From Bacteroidales bacterium (GTDB taxonomy: Bacteria; Bacteroidota; Bacteroidia; Bacteroidales; UBA932), in assembly GCA_017544265.1 (NCBI GenBank), contig JAFYEM010000023.1, forward strand, positions 188-64,187: a stretch of 64,000 nt of DNA, written 5' to 3'. Below the pieces are notes generated by a model. That model was given only the letters and a program-made list of their open reading frames with translations. It did not search any database and had not been told where the DNA came from. Shown here one piece after another: positions 58,488-64,000 of the stretch; position 1 is the first letter of the stretch; each line of letters begins with the position of its first letter. The translations under genes and the position numbers were made by a program.

Positions 58488-59381
58488 ATGGACAGACTTT
58501 GTAAAAAGTACGCTTATTCTCCCGACGTGGAGGATATCCAGCGCCATCTGGACATAATCGCGTCCAATCTCGAGAAGGTTGTCAATGACGACATCCTGAA
58601 GAAGTGCTTTGCGATAATGGACCTTACGACTCTTTCGACTACGGACTCGGTGGAATCTGTCTCCCGTCTGGCCCGCAAGGTCAATCTCTTCGCCGCGGAC
58701 TATCCCCAGTGGCCTCACCCCGCATCAATCTGCGTCTATCCCAATTTCGCCTCCACTCTGCGCTCCGTCCTCGCTGTTCCGGGTGTTCATGTCACCACAG
58801 TCGCAGGATGCTTCCCGACTTCCCAGAGTTTCCTCGAGGTGAAGCTCAAGGAGATTGAAATGGCCGTCGAGGGAGGTGCGGATGAAATAGACATAGTGCT
58901 GGCTCTCAATTCTTTCCTTGCCGGCGATTATGCAGCTGCCGGGCATGAGATTGCGGAGTCCAGGAGAGTCATAGACGCCGTCGCGGAGCGTCTCGGGCGC
59001 AAGGTCGTGCTCAAGGTCATCATCGAGACCGGGCTTCTTGTCAGTGCCGAGAATATCGCCGAGGCTTCCTTCCTCGCCATGGAAAACGGCGCGGACTTCA
59101 TCAAGACTTCCACAGGGAAAGTCAGCGTGAACGCTACTCCCATGGCTGCCTACATCATGTGCCAGTGCATTGCGAAGTACTATGAGAGGACTGGCATTAA
59201 AGTGGGTTTCAAGGCTGCCGGAGGCATTTCTTCCGCCATGGATGCAGTTTGCTACTACTGCATAGTCTCTGCCGTCCTCGGAGAGCAGTGGCTGAATCCC
59301 GAACTCTTCCGTTTCGGCGTTTCCCGCCTTGCCAACCAGCTCCTTTCCGCCTCCGCAGGCCAGACTGTGGCATACTTCTAG
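58488..59381 (+). CDS. deoC: Deoxyribose-phosphate aldolase
   Basis: DLTTL, GADEIDIV, LKVIIETG, GADFIKTSTGK, GFKAAGG, FRFGVS. Confidence 0.95.
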   Translation: MDRLCKKYAYSPDVEDIQRHLDIIASNLEKVVNDDILKKCFAIMDLTTLSTTDSVESVSRLARKVNLFAADYPQWPHPASICVYPNFASTLRSVLAVPGVHVTTVAGCFPTSQSFLEVKLKEIEMAVEGGADEIDIVLALNSFLAGDYAAAGHEIAESRRVIDAVAERLGRKVVLKVIIETGLLVSAENIAEASFLAMENGADFIKTSTGKVSVNATPMAAYIMCQCIAKYYERTGIKVGFKAAGGISSAMDAVCYYCIVSAVLGEQWLNPELFRFGVSRLANQLLSASAGQTVAYF

Positions 59382-59391
59382 ATTCCCTGTC

Positions 59392-59886
59392 ATGGAAGTT
59401 ATTCAGAGTTTTACCATAGACCACACCCGTCTGAAGCCGGGAATCTATGTGTCCCGCGTGGATAAGGGCTTTACTACCTTCGATTTGCGCATTACGGAGC
59501 CGAACAGGGAACCGGCCGTGGCCCCCGCCGCGATGCACAGCATCGAGCACCTGATGGCTACGTGGTTCCGCAATTCTGCTGCGAAGGAGGATGTGGTGTA
59601 CGTCGGCCCGATGGGTTGCCTCACCGGAATGTATATAATAATGACCGGAGCCTACACTGTCGAAGATATGAGGCGCCTGACGCTGGAGTGCCTGGAATGG
59701 ATTCTCTCCCAGGATGCGGTGCCGGCCACGGAACCGGAAACCTGCGGCAACTATCTGCTTCACGACCTTCCGATGTGCAAGTGGGAGTGCCGGCGTTATC
59801 ATGAGCGCCTGCTGAATGACTTCCACTGCGAATATACCAAACTGCATGTCACACTCGGTGACGGAAGGGTATTCGCCGACGCCTAA
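59392..59886 (+). CDS. luxS: S-ribosylhomocysteine lyase (AI-2 synthase)
   Basis: Start MEVIQSFTIDH at 59392. FDLR..EPN, HSIEH, GPMGCLTG, CGNY. Confidence 0.94.
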   Translation: MEVIQSFTIDHTRLKPGIYVSRVDKGFTTFDLRITEPNREPAVAPAAMHSIEHLMATWFRNSAAKEDVVYVGPMGCLTGMYIIMTGAYTVEDMRRLTLECLEWILSQDAVPATEPETCGNYLLHDLPMCKWECRRYHERLLNDFHCEYTKLHVTLGDGRVFADA

Positions 59887-59898
59887 GTCTTTTATGCC

Positions 59899-60729
59899 AT
59901 GAAGCTGAACAACGGTTATGAAATTCCTTCGCCGGGTTTCGGAACTTTCAAGATTCCCGACGGAGATATCTGCGTAGAATCTGTCCGCGAAGCCATCGCG
60001 GCGGGTTATACACATATAGACACTGCAGCTGTCTATGCTAATGAACGTTCGGTCGGCGAGGGTATCCGACGCAGCGGTGTTCCGCGTGAGAAACTCTTCA
60101 TTACCAGCAAGGTATGGAATTCTGAGCGGGGCTACGACAAGACCCTGAAAGCCTGCGAAAAATCGCTTTCCGATATCGGGACTGACTATCTGGACCTTTA
60201 TCTGATTCACTGGCCAGCCAACAACTTGCAGTTCGGCGACAGGGCTGAAGCCGTCAATATTGACACTTGGCGAGCTTTGGAAAGGCTTGTGGAGGAAAAA
60301 GTCATTCGCTCCGCGGGACTCAGCAATTTCTATGCTTCCCACCTCGGGCCGGTGCTTTCATCGGCCAATATCTGTCCTGCGGCGGACCAGATTGAATATC
60401 ATCCCGGCCTGCTGCAGCAGGAGACTGTCGATCTTTGCCGCCGCAACGGTATTCTTGTGGAGGCCTGGAGCCCTCTGGGCCGCGGTTTTCTTCTGGAAGA
60501 CGAAACCGTCCGCAGGATTGCGGCCGAAGTTGGAAAGACGGCTTCCCAGGTGCTTCTGAGGTGGTGTGTCCAGAATGATACCCTGCCGTTGGTGAAATCC
60601 GTCCATGCTGAACGGATAAGGGAGAATCTCGACATTTTCAGTTTTTCCCTGAGCGAGGGGCAGATGAAAGAAATATCGGCCCTGCCGGAATTCCGCTACG
60701 GCTCGCATCCGGATACTGCAACTTTCTGA
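59899..60729 (+). CDS. Aldo/keto reductase
   Basis: PGFGTF, GYTHIDTAAVY, LFITSKVW, YLDLYLIHWP, GLSNF. Confidence 0.94.
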   Translation: MKLNNGYEIPSPGFGTFKIPDGDICVESVREAIAAGYTHIDTAAVYANERSVGEGIRRSGVPREKLFITSKVWNSERGYDKTLKACEKSLSDIGTDYLDLYLIHWPANNLQFGDRAEAVNIDTWRALERLVEEKVIRSAGLSNFYASHLGPVLSSANICPAADQIEYHPGLLQQETVDLCRRNGILVEAWSPLGRGFLLEDETVRRIAAEVGKTASQVLLRWCVQNDTLPLVKSVHAERIRENLDIFSFSLSEGQMKEISALPEFRYGSHPDTATF

Positions 60730-60750
60730 CAAAAAACTGATAATGTGTCC

Positions 60751-60781
60751 AAATGGTCCTCGAATTTGAGGACCATTTTTC
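60751..60781 (+). terminator. Rho-independent terminator
   Basis: 11-bp stem aaatggtcctc / gaggaccattt followed by T's. Confidence 0.8.
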
Positions 60782-60832
60782 TTATTTCGCCACATTCTTT
60801 CTGCCCTGCAGCTGTCTCCAGCCTGTTTTTTC

Positions 60833-60884
60833 GGGGGAAAAACCATGGACGGCCTCCCTACATGGATTTTCCCCCTTAGCTTTG
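60833..60884 (+). promoter_or_regulatory. 15-bp inverted repeat (operator-like) abutting a -7 box (TAGCTTTG, 60877-60884)
   Basis: gggggaaaaaccatg (60833-60847) / catggattttccccc (60861-60875) pair at 14/15 with a 13-nt spacer. Confidence 0.6.
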
Positions 60885-60910
60885 CGGTCGTAACATAAAA
60901 AGTTTTTGTC

Positions 60911-62482
60911 ATGAAAAAAATTGCGTTATTCCTTTCCGTTCTGCTGCTGGCTGGCTGCCACGGCGACGACCTCCCCGGGGGCTCGGGACACGACGTCGAG
61001 GGTGTCTATCATGGCATGATAGAACTCGGCGAGAAACTCGAAGACCCCTATTCTGTAACAAATGTTACCAAGGCTATAGAAGCCCTGTATCCTACCAAGG
61101 CAGGTACGGTGCAGCTGTCTCCGACTAATATCTATGTGCGCTTCCTGCCCGAAAATGAAGAGCAGTTCGAGACTCTCAGGCGCACCGGAGCCGTGCTCTT
61201 GGACCATCCTGTCGATTACCGCATCGTGCGTGAGGGAGATTATTACCATGACCCTTCCATAGACGAAGAAAATATAACCTGGCAGTACGCCGTAGTGTCG
61301 CCAGATTATGTCTATCCGGAGGGAATCTATTACGAAAAACTCGATGACTGCTACATCGCCGAAAACGACCCTGCGACGCGTTCGGGGGCGGACGGTATCG
61401 ACTGGGAGGCGGTGGAGCGCCAGGCGTATTTCATGACCGGCAACGGAGATTTGTATGTTCCGCCTACAAAGGCCAGCAGCGCCGTTCCGGAAGGGCGCAT
61501 TACGATTGTGGATCCGGATTTCAACGGAGGCCAGCCCTTCGGAGTCTCGGGAGTCATGGTCTCCTGCAATTCTTTTGTCAAGTTCGACCATTGCTACTGC
61601 GACCGTGACGGGTACTACAAAATGAAAAAGAAATACTCTGCAAAACCGCGTTACAGGCTGGTGTTCGCCAATTCCAAGGGTTTCAACATCGGATTCAACC
61701 TGGTGCTGATACCTGGCTCGATCTCCACGCTCGGGAAAGGCAGCCCGTCCGGAATGGATGCCGAAATCACTTCTTCCTCGGACGGCTACCTGTGGCGCCG
61801 CAGCTGCGTGAACAACGCCGCCTATGACTATCTTTCCCGCTGTGCGGAAAGCGACATGGACCTGACTCCGCCTCCCGGTGGCATCCGTTTCTGGATTTTC
61901 AAGGACCTGGACGCGTCGTCTGCAGTGATGATGCACCACGGGGCCTTCCTGGAGGGCGGACTTATCCAGAAATATCTGGGGCCGTATATGTCTCTTATCA
62001 AGATATTCCTCCCGGACATCACCATCGGGACCAAGAACAACGACTCCTATGCGGACATCTATTCCACCGTATGCCATGAGCTTTCCCATGCTTCCCATTA
62101 TTCCCAGGTCGGCAATTCCTACTGGAACAAGTATATAGACTACATTGCGAAGTCGTACCTTTCTTCCGGCGGGAAGACCTACGGGAACGGTACGGACGAG
62201 GGTGCCGGGTATTGTGAAGTGGGGGAGACATGGGCCTATTTTATGCAGAGCATAATGTATCAGGAGCGCTATGGCGGCACAGTCCCTTCGTTCGGGACTT
62301 CCTTCTGGTTCCATCCCCAGGTACTGCGCTATTTATATGAAAGAGGTATGAAGCGTTCCGAGATTCTCGCGGCCCTGACTCCGGAAGTGACGTCCATGGA
62401 TGATTTCAAGGACCAGCTGGTGTCGCTCTACCCGGAGAGGGAGACTCTGATAGACCAGGTGTTCGGCAGATATTTGAGATAG
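60911..62482 (+). CDS. Hypothetical lipoprotein with an HExxH zinc-metallopeptidase-like motif
   Basis: Lipobox LAGC; STVCHELSHASHY with a downstream Glu (YCEVGETWA). Confidence 0.65.
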   Translation: MKKIALFLSVLLLAGCHGDDLPGGSGHDVEGVYHGMIELGEKLEDPYSVTNVTKAIEALYPTKAGTVQLSPTNIYVRFLPENEEQFETLRRTGAVLLDHPVDYRIVREGDYYHDPSIDEENITWQYAVVSPDYVYPEGIYYEKLDDCYIAENDPATRSGADGIDWEAVERQAYFMTGNGDLYVPPTKASSAVPEGRITIVDPDFNGGQPFGVSGVMVSCNSFVKFDHCYCDRDGYYKMKKKYSAKPRYRLVFANSKGFNIGFNLVLIPGSISTLGKGSPSGMDAEITSSSDGYLWRRSCVNNAAYDYLSRCAESDMDLTPPPGGIRFWIFKDLDASSAVMMHHGAFLEGGLIQKYLGPYMSLIKIFLPDITIGTKNNDSYADIYSTVCHELSHASHYSQVGNSYWNKYIDYIAKSYLSSGGKTYGNGTDEGAGYCEVGETWAYFMQSIMYQERYGGTVPSFGTSFWFHPQVLRYLYERGMKRSEILAALTPEVTSMDDFKDQLVSLYPERETLIDQVFGRYLR

Positions 62483-62483
62483 C

Positions 62484-63038
62484 ATGAGGCGGTTTTGGAT
62501 TTTGGTGGCGGCAGCTATGGTGCTGTCGCTGCCTCTGCCGGCCCAGAAGTTCTCTATAGGCACAAACCTGGTGGACTATGCGAATTTCGGCACTTTGAAC
62601 ATTCAGGGCTCATGGTCTTTCGCCCGCCATTGGTCTCTGGTGGGGGATGTGAAATACAATCCTTTTTCCTATAAAACAAAAATCGGCAGCGACCTTTCAG
62701 CGAAGCAGCGCCTTTTTGCCCTGGGCAGCAGATACTGGCCCTGGCATGTCTATTCGGGCTGGTGGATAGGCGGGAAACTGCAGTACCAGGAATATAACCG
62801 CGGAGGTATAAAATCGGCCCGGACAGAGGAGGGGGACCGATACGGGGCAGGTTTGTCGGCCGGTTTTTCGTATATGCTGCTGCCGCATCTGAATCTGGAT
62901 GTGGGCGCCGGGGTCTGGGGCGGCTACAATGTTTACCGGGTATATTCCTGCCCGGTGTGCGGGCTCACTGAAAAAGCTTCGGAAGGCTTCTTTATCCTTC
63001 CGACGGATCTGATAATATCGCTTGCCTATGTTTTCTGA
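62484..63038 (+). CDS. DUF3575-like outer-membrane beta-barrel protein
   Basis: KFSIGTNL..YANFGTLN, YNPF, RYWPW, GAGLSAGFS, C-terminal ISLAYVF. Confidence 0.82.
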   Translation: MRRFWILVAAAMVLSLPLPAQKFSIGTNLVDYANFGTLNIQGSWSFARHWSLVGDVKYNPFSYKTKIGSDLSAKQRLFALGSRYWPWHVYSGWWIGGKLQYQEYNRGGIKSARTEEGDRYGAGLSAGFSYMLLPHLNLDVGAGVWGGYNVYRVYSCPVCGLTEKASEGFFILPTDLIISLAYVF

Positions 63039-63807
63039 CCGGCTTTGTCTGCTGCTCTGTCTTCTGGCGCTATTGTGTTCTTGTTCGGTAAAAGAGGACA
63101 GGAACCGTTGTCCCTGCACTGTTTCGCTTAATATAGACCGGCTTCCCGCTGTTGCGACAGTGCGTGACGGTGGCGGGAATGTCCTCTCGCGGACGCTTGT
63201 GGAAACCTCCCCGGCAGTGATTGAAGTGCCGCATGGGCTGCTTTCATTTTCTTTCGGGGCGATGGATTCATCAGCGGAGCCTCCGGCTGATGAGATTTTT
63301 GCTGAGGACGGAGCAGTTCAGATTGAGCCGGGTGAGGAATGCCCGAAAGTATGGTTGGAATACTGCGGCGCTATGGACACTTCGGGGGAGCTGGTGGAGT
63401 TGTCCCCGGTCCTGCACCGCAGTTTTGCTCTTCTAACGCTGAATATTGTCCATCCGGAGGGGGAGACGGTGCCCTATGATGTATCCATTGATGGGGAAGT
63501 GGATGGGTACGGACCGGATTGCGCTCCCTCGGAAGGGGCATTCGGGGTGAGGCTGGCTGTGGACGAGAGATTTTCCTGCTCCCTTTCCCTGCCGCGCCAG
63601 AGGGACAATTCCCTGATGCTGCATATTGTGTCGGGGGAGCGCATCCTGCGTTCTTTCGCTCTCGGGGAGACACTTTCGGCGAACGGATACGACTGGTCGG
63701 CCCCGGATCTTTCAGATATTGAAGTGACTATAGACTATCGCTTCAGTATGATTACTCTCGGGACCGACCTGTGGTCGATATCTGTTCCACTTGAAATAGT
63801 GGTCTGA
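63028..63807 (+). CDS. Hypothetical lipoprotein, possibly FimB/Mfa2-like
   Basis: Lipobox LCSC-SVKEDR..CPC, follows the DUF3575-like gene. Confidence 0.55.
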   Translation: MFSDRLCLLLCLLALLCSCSVKEDRNRCPCTVSLNIDRLPAVATVRDGGGNVLSRTLVETSPAVIEVPHGLLSFSFGAMDSSAEPPADEIFAEDGAVQIEPGEECPKVWLEYCGAMDTSGELVELSPVLHRSFALLTLNIVHPEGETVPYDVSIDGEVDGYGPDCAPSEGAFGVRLAVDERFSCSLSLPRQRDNSLMLHIVSGERILRSFALGETLSANGYDWSAPDLSDIEVTIDYRFSMITLGTDLWSISVPLEIVV

Positions 63808-63823
63808 ACTGTATTATTCTGCC

Positions 63824-64000
63824 TTATTCGCTGATGATGCGGAATTTGCCGACAAGGGGCAGAGCTTTGTTTTCACCCTTGGCTGCATTGATAATGCCCA
63901 TGATGGCGAGGACAAGGATGGCGATATTGAGAATCCAGGAGATTGCTCCAAGTCCGTGGATACGGCCGATGCAGAAACTTACAATACTGCAAATGAACAG
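63824..64000 (-). CDS. Membrane protein C-terminus (DUF4870-like), partial
   Basis: Manual translation: LFICSIVSFCIGRIHGLGAISWILNIAILVLAIMGIINAAKGENKALPLVGKFRIISE*. The IMGIINA.KG...LPLVG pattern is typical of the family. Confidence 0.75.
   Translation of the reverse strand: MFICSIVSFCIGRIHGLGAISWILNIAILVLAIMGIINAAKGENKALPLVGKFRIISE

Overview
64-kb chromosomal window from a Bacteroidales bacterium. Evidence: TAnnTTTG promoter boxes, SusC/SusD pairs, split transketolase, DUF4271/DUF3575-type genes. It is mostly housekeeping: ftsE, gyrB, tig-clpP-clpX, glmM, dprA, queA, rnpA, yidD, lepA, ftsY, pheT, deoC, luxS and tRNA-Leu(GAG). The standout is 24.3-41.4 kb. Two divergent, paralogous SusC-SusD-lipoprotein cassettes flank an 831-bp segment (31299-32129) that carries an Mpi-like serine invertase gene and a single outward-facing Bacteroidetes promoter. 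The segment is bounded by inverted hix/gix-like crossover sites sharing the core AAACGTCCGT. This reads as a self-contained either/or phase-variation switch between two outer-membrane transporter/adhesin sets. The switch is inferred from sequence; no inversion can be observed here. Other points: a probable sulfonolipid (SulA/CapB + SDR) gene pair, an rsmF-like gene with an in-frame stop and an in-frame palindromic repeat insertion, REP-like palindrome clusters, an aspartokinase-like protein with eroded catalytic motifs, a frameshifted DUF4296-like gene, and an abrupt GC/codon-usage junction at about 7.15 kb. All family calls are from motif recognition and memory; no database search was run.
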